Source: a virus. From it: a stretch of 64,000 nt of DNA. The stretch spans positions 21,741 to 85,740 of the IMG/VR virus record IMGVR_UViG_3300046820_001584. One strand, given 5' to 3'. The notes beneath the pieces are model-generated. The model saw only the letters and a list, made by a program, of their open reading frames with translations, made no database searches and was not told the origin of the DNA. The stretch's first letter is position 1. Every line of letters begins with the position of its first letter. The translations under genes were made by a program, and so were the position numbers. This document shows, piece after piece, positions 1-8,414 of this stretch.

Positions 1-978
1 AATAGGAATATTATTTCTAACTGCCAAGTTTTTAAACTCACGAGAAATATTCATGTTGCGTTCTGTTGGCGCCTTTGAATTATTATTGTCTGTAAACAGC
101 TGATGATAATCAAGAATAACAATATCGGGCTTGTGCTGATCTATCTTGGCCTGAATAGCATTTGGAGTTACATTGCCAGAGCCTTCATTTGACACCAAGA
201 TAAACTTATTCTTGTCCGCAAACTTCTTTCCCGACCAAGTTCTGAAATCATCAATATTGATATCACCCTTTGCAAAATCGCTAGCCTTAAATAGACCAGA
301 TCCCAGCATAGTATAAATTCTGTCACGCATATTCTCTGGAGTCATTTCAAGTGAAACAATCATAGGCTTAAATCCCTGCTCCCAAGCCTTACAGGCTAGA
401 TATGATGTAAACCATGTCTTACCACGTCCTGGCCAGCCAATAGCCACTATAAGGTGCCCTGGAGCCATTCCAGTAGGGTATGCAAGGTCGATGGACTGGA
501 AACCAGTCTTAATGCCTGGGGAGCCACCCATCTCGGCTGTACGGACCTTCAGAGCCTCTAAATGCTTAATAGCGTTATCTGCATCAGTTACGTCTAGGTC
601 ACGGACATTATTAGTATATTTATTTAAACTAGATAGTTGAGACTGAAGCTCACCGATCACCCTTGAAGCGGCATCTTCTTTTAGCATTGAGCCACCACGA
701 ATTAAAATACTCTTTAGTCTGCTAGACAAGAATTCATTTTTTAAATTATCTAAGTAATATGCCGTTTCAGCATTTGCATTTAGATCTGGCTCAAAGTCTT
801 TAAACTTTTCCTGGAGAATTCCAACCTCTGGTATAGCCTTAAACTTATTATAATATGATTTTAAACCTTCCCAAACATCTCCGTGAGAAGTAAACAGTTC
901 ATCTACATTTTCAGCCATAACAGTACTTATGTCTTTGTTTTTGCAGATAGCAGAAATTAATGTTGCTTCTGTATTCAT
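1..978 (-). CDS. dnaB: DnaB-like replicative helicase (3' part beyond window start)
   Basis: Translated by hand from ATG at 978 (ATGA overlap with upstream stop): MNTEATLISAICKNKD..., Walker A GWPGRGKT, SLEM motif, Walker B IVILDYHQL; frame runs off the window. Confidence 0.9.
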   Translation of the reverse strand, partial: MNTEATLISAICKNKDISTVMAENVDELFTSHGDVWEGLKSYYNKFKAIPEVGILQEKFKDFEPDLNANAETAYYLDNLKNEFLSSRLKSILIRGGSMLKEDAASRVIGELQSQLSSLNKYTNNVRDLDVTDADNAIKHLEALKVRTAEMGGSPGIKTGFQSIDLAYPTGMAPGHLIVAIGWPGRGKTWFTSYLACKAWEQGFKPMIVSLEMTPENMRDRIYTMLGSGLFKASDFAKGDINIDDFRTWSGKKFADKNKFILVSNEGSGNVTPNAIQAKIDQHKPDIVILDYHQLFTDNNNSKAPTERNMNISREFKNLAVRNNIPI

Positions 979-1295
979 AGTCCGCCTTCTTCCACCATCT
1001 TCTTAGTAGCCTCTCGAAGTAAGCGGCGTGTCTCAAAATCTTTCTGTAATTCTATTCTAGCATTATCCATCTTGTCAAAGTTGTAATAGAAAAATTGGAG
1101 TGGGTGTCCAGCCTTTTCTAATGTAAAATAGTAATGAAGCAGATCATTAGCTTTTTCAAAGCCAACGCTGTCAATTACATCCTGCATAGCCCACTTTTCT
1201 CTAAATTTATTTATAGTGGCAACCTTGCCATATTTATCCTTGTACAGATTTTGATAGGCTGTCATAAGAATATAGGGCTCTCTATTATTTGCCAC
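975..1295 (-). CDS. hypothetical protein directly upstream of helicase
   Basis: 106-aa ORF translationally coupled to the helicase. Confidence 0.7.
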   Translation of the reverse strand: MANNREPYILMTAYQNLYKDKYGKVATINKFREKWAMQDVIDSVGFEKANDLLHYYFTLEKAGHPLQFFYYNFDKMDNARIELQKDFETRRLLREATKKMVEEGGL

Positions 1296-1488
1296 TCTTG
1301 AGTTCTTCCTCTACCTCGCTTGTTTTTTGAATTAGTTTATTCTCTACAAACGCATACACTCTTTCGGTAGCAGAGTCAACAGTCTCGCCAGAACGCACAT
1401 CATCTTCTACTCCAACATTAATTCTAATGCTTTCATAGTTGCCAAGGTTTCTGGTAAAAGAAAGGTCTACCTTTACTCTTGTTGTCAT
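1285..1488 (-). CDS. hypothetical protein
   Basis: 67-aa ORF (TRNLGNYESIRINVG), overlaps both neighbours. Confidence 0.7.
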   Translation of the reverse strand: MTTRVKVDLSFTRNLGNYESIRINVGVEDDVRSGETVDSATERVYAFVENKLIQKTSEVEEELKSGK

Positions 1489-1598
1489 TTGTGCTCCGCC
1501 TTCTTATGTCTAGTTAATGTATCGTTAGCGAATATACCCCAACGAACCTCAATATCTCTTTTGCAAATATCGCAAGTAACGACTCTACCCTTTTCCAT
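1485..1598 (-). CDS. small C2H2-like zinc-finger protein (not in ORF track)
   Basis: MEKGRVVTCDICKRDIEVRWGIFANDTLTRHKKAEHK, 37 aa; CxxC...HxxxxH; ATGA overlap with next gene. Confidence 0.6.
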   Translation of the reverse strand: MEKGRVVTCDICKRDIEVRWGIFANDTLTRHKKAEHK

Positions 1599-1716
1599 CT
1601 TTTGCCTTCTTAACTATTACTGGGCCGTTCTTAGAGCTCCAAGATTTCTCTTCTTCTTCTCTTCTACGTTTTTTAGCAGCACCTGACTCAAGCTTATAAA
1701 TAGCGTTATAACTCAT
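1585..1716 (-). CDS. small charged hypothetical protein (not in ORF track)
   Basis: 43-aa ORF MSYNAIYKLESGAAKKRRREEEEKSW...; ATGA overlap with upstream stop. Confidence 0.5.
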   Translation of the reverse strand: MSYNAIYKLESGAAKKRRREEEEKSWSSKNGPVIVKKAKDGKG

Positions 1717-2189
1717 TGATCTGCCTTCCATACTGGAACAAAACCGCTGTCTGTCTTAGTATACAATATAAAGCTGTGTTTGAGAAGAGCTAGTAATTCG
1801 GCTTTAGATGGTACGTTTTTAGAGTGACCTGATTCTAATATATATTCATGCAAGTCTAATATATCTTTTTCGCTAAACATATATTTATACCATCTATCTT
1901 CTGAAATATTCCCTATGGGATATATCTTTTGAGGAGACTTAATCTTTCCTTCTAGTATATAATCCTGTACTGTAACCCTATGCTTATTAAGCATAGATGC
2001 TACCTGTGCAATACTATATGCGTTTCCCATATTCTTTTTTACCTCTGAGTATGGATACAGCATTCTTTTTTTATCTATATAAGACCAGGCAATTAATTGA
2101 TCTTTAGCTCTAGATGAACTAATTATCTTATGAATTTTACCATTTAAGAAAAAATACTTTATATCTTTCTTTAACTTTTTGTTATTCAT
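1713..2189 (-). CDS. helix-turn-helix DNA-binding protein
   Basis: YSIAQVASMLNKHRVTVQDYILEGKI resembles a MerR/excisionase-type HTH. Confidence 0.7.
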   Translation of the reverse strand: MNNKKLKKDIKYFFLNGKIHKIISSSRAKDQLIAWSYIDKKRMLYPYSEVKKNMGNAYSIAQVASMLNKHRVTVQDYILEGKIKSPQKIYPIGNISEDRWYKYMFSEKDILDLHEYILESGHSKNVPSKAELLALLKHSFILYTKTDSGFVPVWKADQ

Positions 2190-2204
2190 TTGCCCGCCAA
2201 ACTT

Positions 2205-2786
2205 TTAATTAATCTTTATTTTGTTAATGAAATCAATATTTTTACTGTCTTCTTCAGATAGCAATGAGAAGTGGTTTAAGAATGTAATTCTTGAACCTGA
2301 TGTAACAGTACGAACTCCGTGTGTTAAAAGGTGTCCAGGAAACAAAACTGCGTCTCCTAACTCTACCTTTAGATCTACTCCTAGTTCTTCAAAATACAGC
2401 TCTCCGCCTTCACAGTCGGAAAGATATAGATTACATACAAGAGAATCTCCGTAGGTAAAGTCATGCTCTCTGCCAGAATTATAGTGGTCTTTGTGTGGCT
2501 CAAGACGTGCATCTTTATGCATTATTGTTCCATATGACCTAGTTAAAACAATTGATCTTCCCTCTGGCACATAATTTTCCATAAAGTATTGCTCGGCATA
2601 TTTAATTAGATCAGATACTTTATTTTCTGGGTCTACTTTAGAGTAGTCTAAAGGTATACCCTGGAAATAGGAGAATGGGTGCTCTTCAGTTAAATTATTG
2701 TTATTGACATTGTCAATCATTTGCTGAGCATACTCTTTAGTAATTACGTTTTTAATTACTTTATAGTTAGGGTTTTCAGTATTCAT
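2205..2786 (-). CDS. 2OG-Fe(II) oxygenase (prolyl-hydroxylase-like)
   Basis: HKD, YLSDCEGGEL, HGV...V.SGSR: HxD...H triad plus 2OG-binding Arg. Confidence 0.85.
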   Translation of the reverse strand: MNTENPNYKVIKNVITKEYAQQMIDNVNNNNLTEEHPFSYFQGIPLDYSKVDPENKVSDLIKYAEQYFMENYVPEGRSIVLTRSYGTIMHKDARLEPHKDHYNSGREHDFTYGDSLVCNLYLSDCEGGELYFEELGVDLKVELGDAVLFPGHLLTHGVRTVTSGSRITFLNHFSLLSEEDSKNIDFINKIKIN

Positions 2787-2804
2787 ATTACATTAATCCT
2801 TTCA

Positions 2805-2990
2805 CTATGACATTCCGTATTTCCTAGAATGATCTTCCTCTAATTTTTCCAGCCACTTACCCATACTGTTTGTATGTTTGTTCATCATCCAGCGTTTACC
2901 ACACATAATGCAAAACAGCTCCATGTGCATTTTTTGGGAGAATACTCTATCTACAAATACTCTGCCACCGCACTTGTTACATTTTATCAT
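2805..2990 (-). CDS. zinc-ribbon protein
   Basis: Likely start MIKCNKCGG at 2990; CxxC...CxxC. Confidence 0.7.
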   Translation of the reverse strand: MIKCNKCGGRVFVDRVFSQKMHMELFCIMCGKRWMMNKHTNSMGKWLEKLEEDHSRKYGMS

Positions 2991-3787
2991 ACTTGAAAAA
3001 ACTTTCCGTCCACCACACAAGAGTAATCTGGTGACACGTGGATCATCTGAATGTGTGGATAGTCATTAACGATATGTGCAACAGCAAATCCCTTTTGCCA
3101 ATCATGATGCTGTGTATACTTCATACCTGGACCCTTTTCATCACACATGTGGCCAATCTCGTATCCACGAAGAGTTTCTCCAGCGCCGTTGTTTCTAAGT
3201 TCATAGGTAACCATATGAGAAGCAATTCTATGCGAGTGACCACGAATTAAAGAAACCTGCATATCTTCCATATCTTTTCTAGCAGATCCTGTTGCTGCAA
3301 TTGAAAGACCGTGATGAACGTGAATGTCTCCAAAACGTCGCTTAGGAAGCTCATCATAATAAATATATTCATAGCCAAGGGAGTCTAATGACCATAGCGC
3401 TTCTGGGGTTACTTCGTTAATGTAGTCTGGAAGCTTAGCATCTACATAGTTAAAGATACGAATATCATGATTGCCTAAAGCAGAAAATAGCTGTGCGTTA
3501 GGAAGCATCTCTCTAGTTTTTGCATAAAAATCTCTTGCACCCTTTGCCTCATGACGCATCATTGGAACAATTAAGTCACGGCTATCATTCTTATGCAGTT
3601 GCATAAATTCAGCAGAACGGCCTTCTGTATATTTGCTATAACATGCTTGGTCGTCTGTATCACCAAGGTAGTCCACAACATCTGGCTTAAACCACTTCAT
3701 GACCTTGAACCATAGCTCAATCATCTTGTCATCCTGATATGGGAACTGCTGATCTGATGAGAGCATCCACTTTAAATCGTTTGTCAT
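2987..3787 (-). CDS. calcineurin-like metallophosphoesterase
   Basis: SDQQ, GDTDD, GNHD, HHG, GHSH motifs. Confidence 0.85.
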   Translation of the reverse strand: MTNDLKWMLSSDQQFPYQDDKMIELWFKVMKWFKPDVVDYLGDTDDQACYSKYTEGRSAEFMQLHKNDSRDLIVPMMRHEAKGARDFYAKTREMLPNAQLFSALGNHDIRIFNYVDAKLPDYINEVTPEALWSLDSLGYEYIYYDELPKRRFGDIHVHHGLSIAATGSARKDMEDMQVSLIRGHSHRIASHMVTYELRNNGAGETLRGYEIGHMCDEKGPGMKYTQHHDWQKGFAVAHIVNDYPHIQMIHVSPDYSCVVDGKFFQV

Positions 3788-3803
3788 ATTTACCTTAATG
3801 TTA

Positions 3804-3869
3804 ATAGGCCATGAATATTCATGGCCTATAGTCTAAATCAAATTGTAGCATAGTGCTACAGAATGTCAA
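3804..3869 (-). promoter_or_regulatory. sigma70-type promoter with two palindromes upstream of the replication gene block
   Basis: TTGACA (3869-3864) N16 TACAAT (3847-3842); TGTAGCA-tag-TGCTACA at 3844-3860; perfect 26-bp palindrome at 3804-3829. Confidence 0.55.
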
Positions 3870-3879
3870 TACCTAATTG

Positions 3880-4299
3880 CTAACTACAAGCAATCCACTG
3901 AACCCAAATTTCGCCTTCTTTAGTTGCTCCAAGTGACATCATTCTTACTGTGAACCCATTAACACTTGATTCTGTAACAATAGGCTGATATTTTTGAGTA
4001 TTGAAGTTTGTACCACTTGTCTGCCAAATTGTGCAAATTACGTTTGGTCTTGCTGTAAATATCTTAGTGAAAGGAATAGCCTTGAATCCAGTGCCATCTT
4101 TTTTACATGGCACCTTAATTCTTCCAGACTCAATTATTGTTTGAGAGCTTGGCTTATCTTCTGTTCCACCACCGCTGCCTCCATTAATACTGTTTGACAA
4201 ACTATTAATAATATTAATATTAGAAACAATATTAGATAGTAACTCTGAGGTTATTGGATCTCCTGGGTTAACAGGCATTGGTTGTAATTGTTCTGCCAT
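3880..4299 (-). CDS. minor tail/fiber-associated protein, H-type-lectin-like C-terminus
   Basis: IESG...IPFTKIFTARPNVICT...VQWIA pattern; last gene of the tail block. Confidence 0.55.
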   Translation of the reverse strand: MAEQLQPMPVNPGDPITSELLSNIVSNINIINSLSNSINGGSGGGTEDKPSSQTIIESGRIKVPCKKDGTGFKAIPFTKIFTARPNVICTIWQTSGTNFNTQKYQPIVTESSVNGFTVRMMSLGATKEGEIWVQWIACS

Positions 4300-4301
4300 A
4301 G

Positions 4302-4451
4302 CTACTTCTCCTCTGGCTCCGCAGAATTTTGTGGTTGCTGAAGCTGTGTAATTTCTGCACGAAGTATTGCAACATGCGTCTCATATTGTGAGACAATCTC
4401 TCCAATACGTTGCTGTAGTGCTGTTACAACTAGTTCTAATTTATTATCCAT
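4302..4451 (-). CDS. small coiled-coil protein (not in ORF track)
   Basis: MDNKLELVVTALQQRIGEIVSQYETHVAILRAEITQLQQ..., 49 aa; AAGGA upstream. Confidence 0.65.
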   Translation of the reverse strand: MDNKLELVVTALQQRIGEIVSQYETHVAILRAEITQLQQPQNSAEPEEK

Positions 4452-4484
4452 TATATTCCTTTTCTATTCATAACAAGGATACCA

Positions 4485-7100
4485 TTATCCTTCAAGGGCG
4501 TCAAGTCTAGTATTGATGACATCAATCTTCTCTGATAATTCTTGAATAGCTAGTATCAGGGCTGTGGTCATTCTATCATAAGCTAAACCTTCTGTTTCCC
4601 CTAAAGCATTATAATTCACAAAGTCTTTTAATTTATCTATTTGTTCTACATCTTCAGCAATCAAACCAGTTATTATTGGTCTAACTGTTTCATATCCTGG
4701 GGTTTCGTCAATGTCTGTTTCTTGAAGTTTATATGAAAATTTAACTGGCTTTAATAGTTTAATTGCATCTAAGTATCCAGTGCTTTCTATTTCAGAAATG
4801 TTTTCTTTGTATCTTAGACTAGAAGAAGCAACTCTTATGTACCCTTGTGAATCTTGCACTAATCCAGTTCCCGATCCAGTTCCTAGCGTATTTGCATAAA
4901 TTCTTCCAGTTTGAAGGAATACTGAATACGGCTGCTGAGCTGTAACGTTTGTTATAGTATCGCTTCCGCCGTGCCCCATAAAAACTCTACCGCTACTTCT
5001 TACGTCATTCCATCTAAAACCTGGTAGCCCCAAATCACAGTTTGGAGAACCTGGCATATATGGATACCAATGTGTTGTGACGCCACCAGTTGCACTAGAC
5101 TCAATTCCAATTGCATTTATAACTAAAGAATCTATTCCAGCCTTATTTCCTTTTGTATCCAAGAAATAGCTTGTGTTAAGTGCTCCAGCTGTTAATCTGT
5201 GACCGTTTAGTGTGCCGACTGTAATTTTGGAGGCTGAAATTTCAAATGCAGATATAAAGTTTGAAACAACAGCGTCGGCAGAAATTGTTCCTGTTCTTAT
5301 TAATCCGCCTTCGATAGTTGTTGTATTAGTACTATTATTTATTTTAGCTATTATAGCTTCTTTGTTAAAATCGCTTTTTGCTACAGAAGCTAATACTGCT
5401 GCATTCTGAGCAGCTTGAGCTTTTGTTGTTGCATCTCCTGCTGCTGCATTAATTGCTGCTGTCTGCGCCGCATTGGCCTTAGTAGTGGCATCTGCGGCTG
5501 CAGATGATAGTATGCCATTTACAGAATCTGAAGTAGCATATCCAGCAAATACAGCACCAGTTGCATACAAAGTTCCATCTGCTGCGACTCTAAATTTTGC
5601 ATTTGCGTCTGGTGTATTATTACCAGCCCACATAAGAAAGCCACCAGAAGATTTTAAATAAACGCTCTGGGCTGCAGTGGACCCTACCTGTATTTGTCCT
5701 GTGCTGTCTAAGATAATATTGTTTTTAGATAATGTTGTACCGCTTAAGTTCCAGCCACCAATTGATCCAGCATTGGCTGTTATAGTTCCTGTTGCTGCTG
5801 CAATTGTTACAGAGTTAACGCCGTTAGCAACTTTTAATCCTGTTGAGTTTAACGCAAATCCATTTCCAGTTAGGTTGCCAGTAGTAGCATCAATTGTTCC
5901 ATTATAAATTGATGCGCCAGAAGTAGACATAAATATGTTACCGCTAAAGTTTCCGCCTTTTGCATTTATATCTCCATCTATTGTTAGCTTAGTACCATTC
6001 CATAAAAGGTAGTTTGAGGTAGCGCCGCCAACTTTTAATGAAGCTGATTGATTGGAATCTATATACCAATAGTTATTTGGATTAAATAGCAAGCCTCGTT
6101 TGCCAGTCTCGATTCCATATCCAAACTTAAATGCAGTTGAATCGGCATCTGTAGGATTTGCTTTTGCTCTAAAGAACCCAGCAACATCAACGGTTCCAGC
6201 AATATATGGAGTTCCAGTAATAGTTATGTTATTGCCAGCAACATATTGAGTTGATGTATTATTATATTCATCATATGTTGCAACTGCAAACTCATAAGTT
6301 AAACCAACACCAAGACCTAAAAGGTGATACGAAGTTCCTGTTCCAGGAGAGTCAACATATGAATATGCTGTTTCTGGTGTTGCAACTTGTCTCCACCGAA
6401 TTCTATATCCTCTTATACCGTTTCCAGTTACTGGCGACCAACGTATTGTTGCATGTCCATTAAATCCAATTATCCCGTCTAGATCCAAAGACCCTTCGGT
6501 AGTAACAGAACCAACATTTCCTGGGCCAGTTGTATCTACAACAATTGGGTCTTTTGCATTAAACTTTGCAGAAAAAACGCTTTTCTTTCTATAGTCTTGG
6601 TCTCTGGTATCTACACGAATCCACCTATCTGCAGTATTAGAGGCTAATATTGTTGCTGAATTGCCATTGCCATTCCAAACTAAATACTCTTCTCCAGTAA
6701 ATGCTCCAGTTAAACTTTCATATATTTGTATGTCTATAAGCCATTTGTTTGCAGGTAAAGCTTTATCTATTAGGTCCCATTTAACGCCGTAAGAAAGCAA
6801 GCCTGGTGTTACAACAAGATTAGTAACTGGCTGAGTTAAATCTGGTGTTTGTAGAGTAACTATAAAGTTTGGAGATCTTGGGCCAGTAATTGGAGCAGAT
6901 GGATTATCTGGATTTTCATAAATGTATGCAAATGAGAACTTGTATACTCCGTTCTGAACAACATTTAGTCCTGATCGTTGAACAATAAACGCATCTGATG
7001 TCTGTGTATTTGCTACTGCTGCTGCATCTGTTGTGTTAGCCTGTAAATCTGCTGGTCTAAGATTTAGAAATCTATCTATTGCGTCGTTATAACCTGCCAT
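4485..7100 (-). CDS. tail fiber/spike with FN3 domain and C-terminal intramolecular chaperone (peptidase S74-like)
   Basis: FN3-like W..V..IRGYRIRW..LTYEFAVATYD; C-terminal SSLRYKENI...LKPVKF...GLIAEDV...AIQEL. Confidence 0.8.
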   Translation of the reverse strand: MAGYNDAIDRFLNLRPADLQANTTDAAAVANTQTSDAFIVQRSGLNVVQNGVYKFSFAYIYENPDNPSAPITGPRSPNFIVTLQTPDLTQPVTNLVVTPGLLSYGVKWDLIDKALPANKWLIDIQIYESLTGAFTGEEYLVWNGNGNSATILASNTADRWIRVDTRDQDYRKKSVFSAKFNAKDPIVVDTTGPGNVGSVTTEGSLDLDGIIGFNGHATIRWSPVTGNGIRGYRIRWRQVATPETAYSYVDSPGTGTSYHLLGLGVGLTYEFAVATYDEYNNTSTQYVAGNNITITGTPYIAGTVDVAGFFRAKANPTDADSTAFKFGYGIETGKRGLLFNPNNYWYIDSNQSASLKVGGATSNYLLWNGTKLTIDGDINAKGGNFSGNIFMSTSGASIYNGTIDATTGNLTGNGFALNSTGLKVANGVNSVTIAAATGTITANAGSIGGWNLSGTTLSKNNIILDSTGQIQVGSTAAQSVYLKSSGGFLMWAGNNTPDANAKFRVAADGTLYATGAVFAGYATSDSVNGILSSAAADATTKANAAQTAAINAAAGDATTKAQAAQNAAVLASVAKSDFNKEAIIAKINNSTNTTTIEGGLIRTGTISADAVVSNFISAFEISASKITVGTLNGHRLTAGALNTSYFLDTKGNKAGIDSLVINAIGIESSATGGVTTHWYPYMPGSPNCDLGLPGFRWNDVRSSGRVFMGHGGSDTITNVTAQQPYSVFLQTGRIYANTLGTGSGTGLVQDSQGYIRVASSSLRYKENISEIESTGYLDAIKLLKPVKFSYKLQETDIDETPGYETVRPIITGLIAEDVEQIDKLKDFVNYNALGETEGLAYDRMTTALILAIQELSEKIDVINTRLDALEG

Positions 7101-7990
7101 TATAAAAACCCTAAATTAATTTTATATTCTATGTCCATCTCTACACCAAGCTTTTTTACAATTGGGCTGGTTAAAATAGATCTGCTTATTAGTCCGTATT
7201 GACTATTATATCTATCGTCATCGTTTATTCTTAACCCATCAAGTAATACATTAGTAGCTCCAGAAGATTTTGCTTTGGCTCCAACTTCTATTGTTGTAAT
7301 TGCAGAAAAGTCTGTTGCCCCTGCAGAAGAAAATGTTGAATTGAATAGGCTAGACATCTTGGCTGGTAATGAAATTTTTTGCCCAACTGATGAGTATCCA
7401 GGAAATCTTATTTCTTTATAGTTAGTTGGAGAGCTATAGAACCTAACGTAAACATAGTCTAGGTTTAAATCTGTTTGATAAAAAGCAATGGTCATAGAAT
7501 CATCTACACCATAACCAGATAAATTAAAAACTGTATCTAGGCTGTATGATTTCGATTGTCCCGCAGTTGCTGTAATAGAAAAATATGAGGACCCTATTCT
7601 TGGAGTTGGCGTAGATACTGTTGGTGGCTGGTTGCCACTTGAGTCCTTCCATTGTGTAGAGTCTTCAAAAGAAGATATGTACTGTGATGAATAGTCAGTG
7701 CTTCCAGAAGAAGTTGTTGGGAAAATTCCAATTTCTGATATTATTCCTTCAACATCCGTTGGAAGTGTTGTTTTATAAACAACAGAGTATGTAGTCACAC
7801 CAGTTGCCGTATTTGTTTGAATGTCGGAGCTTCCCAAGAAAACTCCTGATCTATAAAACTCAAATTGTAGATCTGAATCATTGAGTGTTGGAGCCTGGGA
7901 ACCTATTCCGATTGCAATATCTTTTTGATTAAAGTTAAGGCCATTGGCCAGATAAGATGTTATAAACCTTTTTCCAAATTTTGTTATCAT
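7100..7990 (-). CDS. minor tail protein
   Basis: MITKFGKRFI...DLQFEFYR...ISEIGIF, a baseplate/fiber-attachment-like pattern; position in tail block. Confidence 0.6.
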   Translation of the reverse strand: MITKFGKRFITSYLANGLNFNQKDIAIGIGSQAPTLNDSDLQFEFYRSGVFLGSSDIQTNTATGVTTYSVVYKTTLPTDVEGIISEIGIFPTTSSGSTDYSSQYISSFEDSTQWKDSSGNQPPTVSTPTPRIGSSYFSITATAGQSKSYSLDTVFNLSGYGVDDSMTIAFYQTDLNLDYVYVRFYSSPTNYKEIRFPGYSSVGQKISLPAKMSSLFNSTFSSAGATDFSAITTIEVGAKAKSSGATNVLLDGLRINDDDRYNSQYGLISRSILTSPIVKKLGVEMDIEYKINLGFL

Positions 7991-8394
7991 ATGATTACTG
8001 CTCCTTTTACAACATCTCCAACACTATTTTTAATTTCGAACTTAACCCTTAACATTCTATTATTGTTTGAGTCATAATATATTTCTGGATCTGTAATGAC
8101 TTGTCCAGAAGAATATCTTTTGCCAGTAGTACCAATTAAAACGATGTCTTCTAGGTTTGGTGCGTCTAAGGAACTACCTGTATCCCCATCTTCTCCTGTG
8201 CCGTCTCCTGGATCTGTTTCTCCATCATCTGGAGTTGTGGCAACATACGTTTTGTCGACCTGATTTGTATATAGATTAACAACATCGTATTGATCTGTTT
8301 TAAGTACTCCAATTAAAGGTGAGTCAACTGGTAGCTGGACTTTAACTCCTCCAGCAACTTGCGACTTGCCTATTTTTGGTTTCTTTGTAGCCAT
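7987..8394 (-). CDS. hypothetical virion-associated protein
   Basis: 135-aa ORF in tail block; leaderless TGGTAGAAT promoter just upstream. Confidence 0.55.
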   Translation of the reverse strand: MATKKPKIGKSQVAGGVKVQLPVDSPLIGVLKTDQYDVVNLYTNQVDKTYVATTPDDGETDPGDGTGEDGDTGSSLDAPNLEDIVLIGTTGKRYSSGQVITDPEIYYDSNNNRMLRVKFEIKNSVGDVVKGAVII

Positions 8395-8414
8395 ATTAAG
8401 ATTCTACCATTTCA

